A stretch of DNA of 64,000 nt from Raillietiella orientalis (GCA_036172245.1 JAYWIR010000009.1:1984001-2048000), one strand, 5' to 3'; shown: positions 23,601 through 36,760, counted from the stretch's first letter. Translations and numbers: made by a program. Notes: a model not told the origin generated them from the letters alone.

Positions 23601-25620
23601 GACCACCTTTGGAGGGACGACTGATGCAACAGAACCGGTGGCGATCCGAGCAGGTGTTCTACAGGGCCGTTCTTCAGCGGCCTCCTGTTCAACCTAGCGT
23701 TGGAACCCATCCTGTCTCCCCTCTCTGACCGGTGCCCAGACTGCATCTGTCTCGCATACGCGGACGACGTAGCGCTCGTCTGTGAGTCCCCTCAATCCCT
23801 CCAAAGTGCTCTGGATGTGCTTTATTGCGCGTCGGCGAAAGGTCGGTTGCGAATCAACCCAAGAAATGTGCTTCCTACCACTTGGTGCATCAGCGCCTGG
23901 CTGGCACTCTGCCCACGACCTTTCGGGTGTGCAACGTCCCCATTCCCGTAGTGGAGGATTCCGATGTCTACTCTTACCTGGGAAAGCCCTTGGCTTGTGT
24001 GCCCTCGAATCGGATGCCGGGAAAACACATATACTTGACTCCCTCCTGAGACTGATGGACTCCTTCCTGACCCACTTTCAAAAACTAGATGCTCTTAAGG
24101 TTTTCTTCTTCCCTGCCTTCACGCACTCCCTCCGGCTAGGGCATAAACCCTTGGCCTTCTGAAAGTCGTTGGACAAGAAGGTGAAGGACATAGTGAAAAC
24201 ACAAATCCTATCCCTGCCCCAGTCCACCTTCTTGGAGTGTCTATATACGGCCTCCATGTACGGAGGCATAGGTTGCTTGCTGCTCCAGGAGTAGAGCACG
24301 ATCATGATATTGGACTCAGCATTCAAGTTTCTGACGAGCCCGGACCACATGGTCGCGCAACTGGCCCTCCCCTCTCTAAGTTACGTCGTCTTTCTTCCCG
24401 GAGATCAAAGTTCTCCCCGCACCAACCTGCTCCTCTAGCGCTACCTCAATGGGGACTGCGATTCGCCACTCAACATTCCCTGCGGTATTCCCCGTAGCAT
24501 CTGGCCCCCAGTCCGGAGCGCCTCCAAGAATCTTCCTGTCACCTGGATGTTACAGGATGACGGCGTGGAACTGATCATGGACGGTAGGAGGATCTCCATG
24601 TACCAGAGGCGTCAAGTTGCTCGCAGCCTCCGCAACGCCAGAAGGGACGACAGACTTGTCTCCCCCCTGCAAAAGCCCAGCCGGGGAAGAATCATGGACT
24701 GTGTGTGCTTCTATCCTGCGTTCAATGGCTTTCTGCAACGATGTGAATCTTTGCGGTTCTCCTATTGGAGGTTCATCCATGGTGCCCGCCTTAACCTCCT
24801 CCCCCTTAACGGGCATATGAGGCGTGCGGGCTTCCTCGAGCGTTGCCGCAGGTGCACGTGACCCAATGAAACTCTGTGTCACGTAATCTGCCACTGTCGC
24901 TACCACCTGGGCTCCCTTATCACGGGGCGCTACGACGCGGTCCTCTCCCTGTTCCTAGATGCCGCACGGGAACGTTGACCCTGTGTTATGAGTGACCAAC
25001 AGGTCGAAGATTCCAACTCCTCCCTCAGGGCCGACCTGCTCGCCCGGGATGACCAGCGCGTGGTGATCATCGACGTCTGCATCCGTTTTGAAAACCGACG
25101 GGAAGCACTCCGCCATGCGCGGGCTGAGAAAACCAAAAAATATGCCCTGCTTGCCGAATCCTTTAAGACCAAGGGCTTCGCTGTTTACGTGGATGCAATT
25201 GTGGTGGGTTCCCTGGGATCCTGGGACCCCAAAAATGACGTGGCGATCGCCCGCCTCAGCATCCCGGGTACGGTGGCGACAACTCAGAGGCAGGCGGCAA
25301 ACGCCTCCACGATAAAACGGTCAAGGGATATCTACTCCCGCCACATCGAGCGCCAAAAGCCCTCCGGTTTCTCTACCCCGACGGAAGCCCATAGTGAACC
25401 TGATGCTCCCGAATCCGGTCCGCAGCTTTCTGCCCCGAAACCTCCGCAAGATCTCCAGCCTGCAAAGCCTGCACTAAAACAACGTTCCCCCTGGGAGACA
25501 CTTACGGTCCACCCACCACGTGAAGAAACCCCGCCGTTACAGCTGAGGTAGCGGAAAGCATGCGACTTCATATTCTGCTTCCATGGACCTCACCCACCCA
25601 CGCATTGATGCCAGAGCCTC
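20620..25620 (+). mobile_element. Near full-length, inactivated RLE-type non-LTR retrotransposon (Utopia/NeSL-like)
   Basis: N-terminal zinc fingers (CPLYGC..KRHLVRTH; FRCPRCPNRF..LKRHVRIVH; CSLAFPNEKGLQNHLRWH); RT motifs APGEDRI, LIPKK, DFRPIAIGNTMGK, QKGF, AWVDLKDA, GVLQG, LAYADD, YLGK; WRFIHGARLNLLPLNG; CRRC..ETLCHVICHC; RLE RADLL..VVIIDVCIRFEN..EKTKKY..IVVGSLGSWDP. Multiple frameshifts and stops. Confidence 0.9.
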
Positions 25621-26089
25621 AATCAGCTGATTGAAGAGATTAAGCCTTAGCGATTCAATTCACGAGCCGCCGCAAATACCGTTAGCCCTATTGATGCCTC
25701 TAGCAGAGGAAACGATGTAAATCCAGAAAGCGATAAAGACTATATCCTCGAAGTGAGTCGGCACATTCGCCCAATTTGCCGGAGGCAAGCCCACTGCAAG
25801 GGTGCTTCCAACGCTGCAGGAGCATCCTCCATTCCTGCCGCCTCTTTCCATCCTGCAACCGCTCCGCAGCAGGGCACGTCCCTACAGCCCAACCAGTTGG
25901 CAGCCTGAGGGGAAAACCACACCGATTCTCGGAGGTATTAGCAACCCACGGCCTCGAATGTCGACCCCACCCCCGGACCCACGCGCACCTCTCACCTCTC
26001 AACGTAGCATTCACCGCATTCATCTCCGCAACTTCAAGACAAATCCGCAGCTTCCACGGAGGCGAAATTTCCGTGCGAGTTTTCGATTT

Positions 26090-27870
26090 CCATCTTTTTC
26101 CACCTTTTTGTTTTCTTTCCTTTTTCTTTTTCCTCCCCTTTCTCCTAATGTTCTCCTTTTTTTCCCCGCTTTTTGTTTCTATTTTTTTGTTCTTTCCTTT
26201 CACCTGGTAGTATTTTTTTTCTCTTTTCTTTTTTCTTTTTCTTTTTTCTCCATTCTCCACTGTGCTGTTTTTCTTCTCCTTCTCTATCTTTTTTTCCTTT
26301 CCTTTCTAATCCTGGTGCTTTTTCTTTTTTTTTTCTTTCCTTTCTTCTGCTGCTAATGTTCTCTTTTCGTTTACTCTTCTTTCGTGTGTCCTTCCTATTG
26401 GTTTTTCCTCTCCCTTCTCCTCCTTTTTGTTTTTTTCCTCTTTTTTCCCCTATTTTCTCGTTTTTTTTTTCTCCTACTCTATCCTCCCGGTGTCTTTCTA
26501 ATTTTTTTCTTTCGGGATTTTTTGCCCTTTGTTCTTTTTTCCTCTTTCTTTCTTTTCCCTTCGATTTTCAGTTTTTCATCTTCTCTGTCCTTTCTCCTCA
26601 CTTTCTTTTTTTTCTATCTCCTTCCAAGTTCTATTCCTCTTCTCATTCCTTTTGTTTTCTGCATTCCATTTTATTTTACTGTCTCTCTCGTTTCTCTTTT
26701 TTTTCTTTTTGTTTTTTCAGTCTCCTTTCTGCTCCTGTCCTTTTTTTCCGCTTTTCCATTTTTCCTCCTTTCTTTTCTTTTTTTGTCTATTCCATCCCAT
26801 CATTTTCCTTTTTTCCCTTCTTTTTCTTTCCTTCTTTCTTTTTTTCTGTGTATCCTTTCCCCTTCCTTTCTTTTCTTTCTTTCTTTCTTTCCCCCTCCCT
26901 TTTCTTTCCTTTGCTTTCTTCTTTCCTTTTTTTTTTTGTCTCTTTTCTCCCTTTAGTTTTCTTCTTTCCCCTTCCCTCCTTTTTTTTTTTTTTTTTCTCC
27001 CTCCTTCCTTTCATTTTTTTCATTCTGATTTTCTTTTCTTTATTTTGTTTCTCTGCTTTCTCCTTTTATTCCTCTTCTTTTTCTCCCTTCCCCCGCTCTC
27101 CTGTTTTTCTGCCTTTGGTTCTTTTTCCTTTTTTTATTTTTCTTTTTTTCTCTCCTTTGTTTTCATTTCCCATTCCCTTTCTTTTTCCCTTCCGTTTCCT
27201 CCCTTTTTTTTTTTGCCTTTGGCTGCATGACTGACCACCCTCGGCGGGCAAAAGAAAGGATCAAATCCAAATAGGCAAGCAGACAGACGGGAAAGCTCAG
27301 CCACTGCAGCAGCCAATCCAAGGAGCAAAGATAGGAAACAGCACAAAGGGGAAACTTCTTGGACGTCGACCACCACCACCACCACAGCACACAAGCCACG
27401 GGGAGCCGCAGAACACAACAACAGTGGAGCGTCCATCAGCAGCAGCATCGCCGCCACAGACATGTGGATCTTCTTCGTCCTGTTGACCGGCACCTCTGCT
27501 TCCTTGCTTGTGATCCTTCTTTCCATTTTTTTGTTCCTTTCTTTCTTTCCTTTCCATTTTTTTTCCTTTCCTTATCTCATTTGTGCCTTTCCGCTTCTTT
27601 TTTTCTTCTTTCACTTTTCTTTACCCCTCTCTTTCTTTTTCTTTTCCTTTCAGCTTTCCGGTTTCCGGATTCTTCTGGACGTTTTCGTTTTTTACTGTTC
27701 AATCTTATTTCTTGTTTCATAGGTCTTTCTGTTTGTCTTGCTTTCTTTTGCTGGTTTTCCTCTCTTTCTTTCTGTTTCTTTCCTCTCCTTTCCTGCTTTG
27801 TTCTTCTTGGAAATGTTTTCTCTTTCCTTTTTGATTCATTTCCTTCCTTCCTTGCTTTTTTCTTCCTCCG
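26090..27870 (+). repeat. Long irregular polypyrimidine (T/C-rich) low-complexity tract, interrupted at ~27220-27510
   Basis: About 1.1 kb plus about 0.35 kb consisting overwhelmingly of T and C, with no fixed repeat unit. Confidence 0.95.
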
Positions 27871-30800
27871 CAGATTTCCAGAAATGGCACGACAAGAACT
27901 TCAGCATTCCGAGGACCAGAAAAAGCCTCCGTGGCGCATGAAACGCTCGCAGTGGCACCGAGAGAAAGCGACACAGCTCGAGTGACGTCACCACCACTGC
28001 TCCCGACGAAAGGGACAGAAGGCACTCACGCCGACAGAAGGAGACGAACGCAAGGGTGGCGCCAGGGGACGCGGTGCCTCCCCGGCGGTAGGATAGCAGC
28101 GCCGCCCGCAAGGTCCTCCCTGCACAGGTGGGCGGGACGGAATTCGCTCGCGCCCTAGCGAAATCCCATCGCATCAAGGGGTCGATGCCGGAGATGGACA
28201 GCCCTCGGTTCTCGCAACAGTCCGCGCGCGGAGGCGATGCCCACTTGCGACGGTGGGATGGCCAGGGGCAGCTGGGCTCCCAGGAGTCTGCATCACCGGG
28301 ACTCTGGGCACACAAATCGCGCATCTTCCTGAGACAAAGCGACTCTCGCGCGTGCGGCCATTCATTCGTGAAAATGCATTCGCGGAGGTACGAGAGGAAA
28401 ATTCTCGCCTGGCGAGAAATGGAAACCACAGGTGGCCATCTTTCTGTAGGTCCGCTGGGCGAAGCGAACTGTTCCTGGAGGAGGCCTGGCACCTTACTGT
28501 TGGGAAGAACAGTGGGGCGCCGAAGAGTGCGCCGCATCTGGAAAGCCAGGGAAATGTCCCCGAGTTCTGAGATTCCAGGAATGCAAAAAGGGGAGAAGTA
28601 GCTCAATTGGGAAGGGCAGCGAAGGGTCCGCAGGCCACCCGGACCGTGCGGGCGAAGTGCGTCTTCTCCCGCTCGCAGTCTGCCGGTTGCTGCTCCCTTC
28701 TGTTGAGCGACTTTCCGCAGGTCGGCGATGGAGCTTCGGCTGTTCGACCCTGGCGTCTTGAATGGACGGTAGCCCCGGAATCCGCGCTTCCTGCATGCGT
28801 GTGCTTTCCATGCTCGGTCCAGATGCTCCTCTGTGCGATTCGCACGGGACCCTTCCTCGTGCACAGTTTGCGGTTACTTTAATCATCTAATCTTCATGTC
28901 TTTGATGTCGAATGCGGCTATCTCGATCGTTCTGCTTCGTGATTGCTGTCTACAAAGCGCAAGTAGGAGCTCCAGACTCTTTGCTCTTTTTAACATTACG
29001 CAATCTCTGCGAAAAACCAGTTCTTAGCAGTATCTTGTTTGGATCACTTCCAGGAGACGGTCAACGCTGAAATGGAGCAGTTTGAAAAAAACATACTTCA
29101 CACGACATCTTTTGTGGCAACTCTTCCAGAAGAATTCGAGAGCGCAATGGTAGAAATCTTGGTGATTTATCATAAGGAAAGTAGATGAATCTTGTACTAT
29201 TATCTCTTCACGTCTACTGAACGGTCTGAGTTCCATACTCTTTCCCAGTAGGCGAATCCCACCAAAGAAGGAATCAAAACTCACTCAAATCAAAACTCAA
29301 ATCAAGAGTTTATTCCTGGACTGATCTTCGGCAGTGGCTCCATGTTATGCTTCAAGAATTCCAGATCTACTGTCCTGATTAGGAGAAAATTGTGAATCCA
29401 TCCCTCAAGGGAGATGGAACGTCAGCATACTCTGGATCGACCCTTTTGATCCTTCCGTCTCACGGTGAGCCGCATGCCAATGCCAAGTGTGGGAAGTACA
29501 GTATTATGCTTTCAAACATAGGTACACAATTTGGACTGATAGCGTGCTGCACTTCCTAGGCGGTTTCGTACATGGAAGGAAGACAGGCCATCACCACTTC
29601 GAAAAAAAGGAGGCTGCAATCGCAATCTCGCGAAGGGTAGAGTAACTTTTGGTTGCGAAGGCTGTTCATTTCCGGTTCTCAGCATCGAGGATAAGAATTC
29701 AGTCTGGAAGCTGATGCAGCGGAGAGAAAAGTTTACTCTTTCCGTTTTCGCACACTTGCCTTGAATAGATGGGTCGTCCCAGACTGACGTGACATCCCAT
29801 CAACCCTGCTGAAAGAAGTCACTCTGAGCTCGTAGTCAGTCGCCTGGCATGAAAGGATTACCTGCCTCTGAGCATCCATTGCTCCTATTGCTGAAAGCAT
29901 GCACTTCCATTGTATGCTTTCAGGACTTCATTTTGACTGCTGTTGTGCACAAAATTCCACACGAAATGAAGGACTTTTTTCGTTTCGCATCCATCTAGCA
30001 CTCCTTTCTGTTAATATCGAGAGGCACTTTCAGTTATGTGAGCTCGTGCGCAGACATGGAACCCATTCGTATAATACTCTTTCCAACCTTACAAACAAGA
30101 GCATCTTTTGGTTTGTACCGTTCGTCTCGCAACATTCCCAACGTTTTTGCCTCATCCGTGCCTTTAGCATGTTTGTGTTTTCCGCTGCGTTGTGTTTGGT
30201 GCGAGACGGCAGCTGTGACATCAACCTGCGGTCCTTTGATCGGATGGTCATCTCCTCCACAGCTGAATATCTGTTTCGGACCGGGATCTGACCAGCACCT
30301 ATTCCTTCTTTGTGTGACGACCGGGCCACGCTCCCCTCTTGGGAGACACCCAAATACTTTGAGGAATTCATAACTGGGATCTCAAGTCAAATCGAATATG
30401 GCCGACCTGCCTAATAATCTTCCAGGAGGCACGGCCGCAAACTTCATCCTTGCCACCACGCCCGCCCCTGTGAGTTGGGTACGGACAATATCACAGTCGA
30501 CGATATCAAGAGATACGTTATTCTCGACAGGTGAAAAGTTTTCTTACGCCCGCCTTTGTGAAGATCAGGTCGGATAAGACCCCAAAGCTTCCTTCAGAGT
30601 GAGACACCGGGTAGACAGAATTAGCAGGTCCAAAGAGTGAGCCAGAACAAACGGCACGCTCGTGCTCACGACTCCAGGGTAAGGCTGCATACCCTTACCA
30701 ATGGCGTAAACAGTAAACAAAGCGGGTTGAAAGCATGGCCGGGCGGAATCTCTCCAGGGGTACAGTGTACATGACTTCAGAAATATAGTGGTTATCGCGG

Positions 30801-33800
30801 AACGTGGAGTTGAGCGCAATCGGTCAGCATAGTGGGCAGAAAACAGTTTGGGGATGTCGAGCAACTTTAGGCTGGCAAAGCCGAACGACCACTGGAAATC
30901 GACTCTGACGACGAGGTCATCCTGGATCGCAGAACTTAAAAAGCAAGTTCCTAGGACGACCACACTACGGTGCCGCGAGAATTTAGCTGCTCCTGGTGCC
31001 CAACTCTGGTAGCCACCATTATACGGAAGCATCCTAGCAAGGTCGCAGAACGAACCGAGATGTTTTATCCGGTTGCTTATTTCCCTGAAAACCATTGTCT
31101 TCCTCTCTTCGTCTTTGTTTGTTTCGGTTTTCCCTTTTCCCTTGCTGACAGAAGAAACCGCGCCGGTCTTCGTAACGGCGCCTGGCAAGTTTCGCGCACG
31201 TGGCTAAACGGGTATCCAACCTCAAAATTATATTTTCATCCATCGCACCTCACGCTTGATTGCTAGGAAATGCACCGAAGGACGTATTCACGTAAACATG
31301 GCTGCGACGCAGGTCATCTCGCCGCTCGCTGAAGGGGAGCCACTAGTAGGATGGAGCAAGCATAGCTGCCACACCTGCCAGAGATGACAACTTCTTGGTG
31401 CAAAAGAGCAGATCGGGAGGAAAGCGGGCTCACTCTTCGACGCTCAGTGGAGCTGAGCGGAACCGGAAAGAAAAAGAGACGCGCTTGCTCGATCCGAATT
31501 TACCGTGCAGAAGGGCCATTGCGTGACGCCTATTTGGATAATGGTCAGCTGACTGCATCTTCGGCAGCACCTTCGAAGACGCGTTCCCTGCGCGTTTCTC
31601 GTGATGCACTCTCAACTCCATGTAACCCCATCGGTCTCGTGTACCGCACTGCCCTTCTTCTCCACCGCTTCTGTTCAGCACAAATTCCACCGCATCTCAA
31701 CCACTCTTCCACAACGCCAGCATCCTTACGCCCAGTCAGCCGACGATCCAACTTGCAACCACCACTCTTTTTCTTACGACACACAGGAAGATATCCTCCC
31801 CATCCTACAGACGCAACCGTGAAGAAATCCCCGGAATCCTCCTGGCATGCGACCCTTTTAAAAAGCTGTGAATATGTGCAACAGAGAAAGCGGATCCGCT
31901 CCAGCGCTCAATCATTCCGCGCGTCCTGGCTCGTCTTGTGCTGTCACCGATTCGCGCACGTCGACGCCGTGGGCGGTGGCGTCGTGCGCGAGCGAAACGC
32001 ATCGTCACAAGCCCGCATACCAACCACAGAAGGAGTGCCTGGAGCGGTGGGACTCCTCGACCACCGTGCCGGGAGCAAGATGCGGTACGCTGGGCTCGGG
32101 CGAGTCGCCCTTACCCGCCTCGGATGAGACAAGAAGTTCACCAACGTGCGAGTTCCACCCGCCGGATTTGTTCTTCCTCGTTCCATTCTGCCAGCACTGT
32201 GGGCAGGCGTGGTTGGACGCGCAGTGAAAGTGGCAGGTAGTGACCAGCCGGGAGCAACTCGATTTCATCCGGAGGCTGGTGCGGTGACGTGGAGGTCGTG
32301 GTGACCACCAGCAGGTGGCGGGGAACGTGGAGCTCTCCCAGCGTTTGCCGCCATCGGTGGAGCTTCTGAGAGGCGGAGACATCGGCTTTGGTGGAGTTGG
32401 AAGCTACTGAGGATCGGCAGCCGTTAGCAGCTTCGACTCGCCAATCAGCGCGCGATCGACCTCTTCAGCCGGATCTCAGCATCAGGAGGGCGCCCTAAGA
32501 TCTAAGAAGACCGGAGCCCGGAGCAAGATCGCCCGGTTCTTCCGCAGGCTGGTGAGCTGTATGGTTTCACTCCATTCCTCACAAACAGCGGTAGCTGAAC
32601 AAATTTTCGTTTGCTTTGCATCCTTGGTTTGGAACAGAGGCCGTGGCTACAAGTTCGGTTGGTTGGCATTGGCGAACGGCAATGCAAGGCTTGTCGACAA
32701 GGGTAGAGGTCACCGACAACCCAGACAGCCTTCTGAATCTAGATGTAACGACTCAATGAGCGCTAAACGTGAGGCGACGATTTCCTCCCCTAAGACCTCG
32801 CACGACCACGGATTAGCCTTTCAAAGTCTTCAGTCGGAGACCTTGCAGCTACCGAGGTCTCCGTAGTCGGTTTCAGACCTCGCGGATTCGATTGAGCGGA
32901 AGGAAGGAATCAACGCCGGGAAAAGGAATCCCTGGCAGCTTCGCACCGCTCGCGCACGATCTGAATGACCTGCTTAGTCTGTCTTCGGGTATGGCGCCGG
33001 TTGCGGATGTTGCCGGTTGGTGGGCGAAATTCTGCCTGACCACTATGACCCATGCATCGCTTCGCCCTGGTAAAACACATAGCCACACTAGAAAAGAACT
33101 CCGAAGCGTACGACGAGTCTTCCGACGCCTTGCTCGTGTTGGTGTACTACACGCCATCATCTCACATTAAGTGGGTGTCTCTGTAACAAGCGGTCGACTA
33201 GCTCAGGGGCGCAGTAGCTGCATCTCCCAATGCCAAGACGAAGGCGATACCTTAGACGAGAGACCGGCACAAGCCCCCTTTCTGACCCCCTTTCTCATAT
33301 CGGTTTTCGGAGAACTGCTGAGGATCACCATCCAATGAGGATCACACGCTGATGAGCAGTTCACCGTGTCCTGCTCAGGAGCTCACCTGTGCTGTTCCCC
33401 TTAGAGTGATCACTCTGAACGAATCCGAACGGCAACCACGGAGATCCCGGAATGTAAATTGTCTCCAACACATACCGCTTCGCCATTCTAGAGAAGCAAA
33501 TCTCATCACGGAAACCGAACATTTTCAGGAATTCATGCAAGAGAGGTCATGAACCCACAAAAAGCAAAAAGGGAACCCAGTCAAGAATGTGCACCTCGAA
33601 CACTTCAAGCACACCATCCACCGAAAACTCAATTCCCAATCAGGATCACCCATTCGCGGATTTTCCCACAATTTTGCCATGGATTCAGAGAAACGGTGGT
33701 ACTGTTAGCCCTAGAAGGGCAACGTGCCCATTTTGTGCGCACATGGTGAAGTGGTGACATATAGAACACTGACGAAATTCTGAAAACTTCATCATTTTTC

Positions 33801-34792
33801 ATTAACATTTCATTTTGTGAGTGAATTACAATTATATCCGCAAATATAATATAATTATAAGTTATTTTGCATGTTCACAGCATGAAGGTTTTCGGTGATG
33901 GGCTCATGTGACTCTTCTGCAATAGGTACACTTTGCTCTTCCTCTCCGGCTGGAGGAACGTGGGCGCATTTCGCAGCGCCTATGGACGGTGAAAGGCTCC
34001 TGTGGAACATCTTGGGACCTCGGATCTTCTTTCTTTGGTACAGAAAAAATCGCATTTTGCCAAAAACGAGACAAATTTCCGCGTTGCAGCCGGGGGCGTT
34101 ACACACGAGGTGTGACGAGCTGGCGTCCTGAATTTGGAAGGAACATTTTTCTGGAAATCACTGCCATGATTTGGATTTCCGAGGTTGTTAGCAACGAACG
34201 CCACATACGAATGTATGTCAGCCCATCTAACATTGTATGAAAAACTCCCAAAGGCCGTCCACGTCACTTTCATCTGCCGTCGTCTTGCACGCTCTCTGCT
34301 TCCGAATTTCCGTCATCTGAATCTTGGTCTCCAGCAGATGAAAACTCTTCCCAAGTCGTTCCTCCTCCTTCGTAGCATCCAATCGACCCTTCCCGTTCAT
34401 TCTGTGTGAGAGTCTTGTTATGAGGCGCCACAAGTAAAAATTTTTAAATGCAGTGTATGGGGTGACGTGGTGTGGTGTACGACACATTCGGGCACAAAAC
34501 GAAACAGCACCAACGGGCCATTGCGCCTGCAGGCACCCGGAAGGCATGGTAGGTGGAACGGCATGCTGGCACAGCACTGACCATGGCAAGAAGACTTTCT
34601 TGTTCCTGTATGACGTTACGTTACCCTTCCAGGATCACAAATAACATGCTGTTAAAAACAACATCTATCCACACATCGTTCCTGTTGCATGCTGAAATGA
34701 ATATGTTTCCGCAGATGCGAATAAACAGAGGGAAAGATATAATTATGTATACATGGATGCTATGATGGGCATATGGATAGTAAAATATCTAG

Positions 34793-34829
34793 ATGTATAT
34801 AAATGTATATATATATATGTGTGTATATA
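34793..34829. repeat. Short compound (TA)n/(TG)n microsatellite
   Basis: atgtatataaatgtatatatatatatgtgtgtatata. Confidence 0.7.
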
Positions 34830-35289
34830 ACTATTAACACAAATATTGCAGTTGAAAAGAGGAATATGTGAATATCAGCATATTCAATGAAATGAATTTG
34901 TGTGGGTTCATCTTTAGACGTATTCACTCATAGATGTAAGATTATAAATATCGTTGGAAGTGTAACTAGAATAATGTACAAATGGCGACTTTTGATGCGA
35001 GTGTATGCGTACGTGTTTTAATATTCATAGCTTCCCGTTGCGGTTTTTCGTTTTGTACAGGGTGCGTGGAGATTGCTGGCAATGTACGTACCGCGAGGAA
35101 CGTACGCACTGCCATGAAGGAGGGCAATGCACGTGCTGACGAGAACGCATGCAGGTCGATGCTCATAGATGCGTATGCTCAAAGGAGGCTGCCTCACAGC
35201 AGACCACCTTTCGGACCGGAGTGTGAGATGCAGGGCGCGGCCGCGAGGAAGTGCTCGCGAGCGCACAAAGCTCTTCTGATCTCCTCGCT

Positions 35290-35720
35290 GTAGCCGACCG
35301 GCGAGGTGAGGGTTCTTTCGCACCGTTGGGGGAAGAGAGAAAACTCCCCGGTGGCAGGAGGGCGCGCGTGTCGGCGGATGCTCATAGCCCGCGTTGGATG
35401 GGCGAACTCTTGGGTGTTGCTCCCGAAGAACCTGCGGGCCCTCCCCATTGTTTAAACACTTCCGTGTTCGCCCTCTTCCAGAAACAGGCCGTGCTGCTCC
35501 TCCTCCGCTAGACATTCCAGAGGGACGAGAGACGGCGCCGAGTTTCCCGAGGGGCTGTATCCCCAAACTGTGCCACGTGCGGGTCGACCGAATCGATTGC
35601 GCCCATCTGCTTTTGTACTGCCGCGCCCTCCACAAACTGTGGATGGGGTTGCCAGCAGCAGTCCTGCATCAGAACACCGCTCGAGGTGTGCTGCGACAGC
35701 TCATCGCTTCAGCAGGACTC
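35290..35720 (+). mobile_element. L1/Tx1-like ORF2 C-terminal fragment
   Basis: LGVAPEEPAGPPHCLNTSVFALFQKQAVLLLLR*..ERRRRVSRGAVSPNCATCGSTESI..HLLLYC aligns with LGVTPEELVVPPQCVDSSLLPLAWKQAVLLFVHW..NCVRCRMTESIPHLLLDC at 58795-59361 (-). Confidence 0.75.
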
Positions 35721-36419
35721 TCCAAGCTCGCTGTGATTTCACACCCGGGTGCGCCTAAACGTTAATTCTCTTTCAGGAATCGATCAAGCCAAAGACCCAC
35801 CAATTAAAATTCCTTCACTAAAAAGAAGGGCAGCGGGCGAAGAGGTCTACAACGTCCACGGAGAAGAAGTTTTCTGTCCATGAACACGGGAGGCATTTCC
35901 AACTCTTGGAGCCGAATGGAGAAGAGTTCGCCCCAATGTTCCAGTCGATTGGAGACGGGCGCTGTCATTGTAACCATGGTTTGCATCCGTTCCATCGTCA
36001 CGGCCCGACAGCTGTTGGAGACCACCACGAAGCGAAGGGAGTTCACCACGATGGCAGCCGCCTACGTCAGGGCTGCTGTAAGGTGGCCTCACCTGGTAGG
36101 AGCGAAGGAGATATAGGAATAGACGTTGGATGTGCCCATTCGTGGTTGACTAGGAACGTCCCATCTCGGTGAACTCTGTCCCTTGCCCCCCCTTTACTTA
36201 CTTGGAGTCAACACTTTCCCGTTTTGAAATGCGATAACTCATGTGCTTGCTCTGCAGTAAAAAAAACGAATGAGAAGCTTTGAAAGCATCTCTTATATTT
36301 TTCAACTCAAGAATTCTGAGGAACCAGAACAGCGAATTTTGTCCATCCGATGTAATAGATGTCGGTGAGACCCTCTATCCTTGCCAAGTGGGAGAGAACA
36401 AGGTAAGGGTGGCCGCAAA

Positions 36420-36760
36420 GAAGCTGCCCTGTCGAGATGGACAGCCGCGTGCGCACGTTCCCTCGCAGGCGAGAAACCCGGTCAGACTGTCCACAGGAGC
36501 GAGGAACGAACGACCGTCTCAGGCCATTCCCGCTTCCAAACTGCGGAAGGCGGTTACCACGAATGACGCTCCTCCGGGGTCTTCTGACCGGCAAGGCAAC
36601 AATCGTAACCTCCAGCATGCGCGGGTGGGCAGGGCCAAAAATTTCGGCACCATGGAAGCGGATTATGCGGCGATTCTTTGCTCTCATTTCCATCAACATC
36701 GTCGAGAGAAGCGTACGTGCCTTCCGAGGCGCGGGGGCTGCACCCACCTTAACGTGGCTG
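36420..36760 (-). mobile_element. Possible ORF1 (gag-like) relic of an L1/Tx1-like element
   Basis: PRMLEVTIVALPV..VIRGNRLPQFGSG..GNVRT loosely resembles the RRM-type ORF1 pattern (v.I..lP....i...L..fG.v). Weak. Confidence 0.25.

Larger units (their letters stand above)
18173..28605. repeat. Left arm of a ~10.4-kb inverted segmental duplication
   Basis: Reverse complement of ~38490-48921. Paired ORF coordinates sum to about 67094 throughout (for example 20923+46171 and 24988+42106). Only scattered substitutions and 1-nt indels separate the arms. Confidence 0.97.

Noticed and set aside
26173..27234. Long F/L/S-rich ORFs (353 aa here, 475 aa at 39865-41292) and K/R/E-rich antisense ORFs
   Set aside because: They arise from the pyrimidine/purine tracts, which lack stop codons; there is no domain content.
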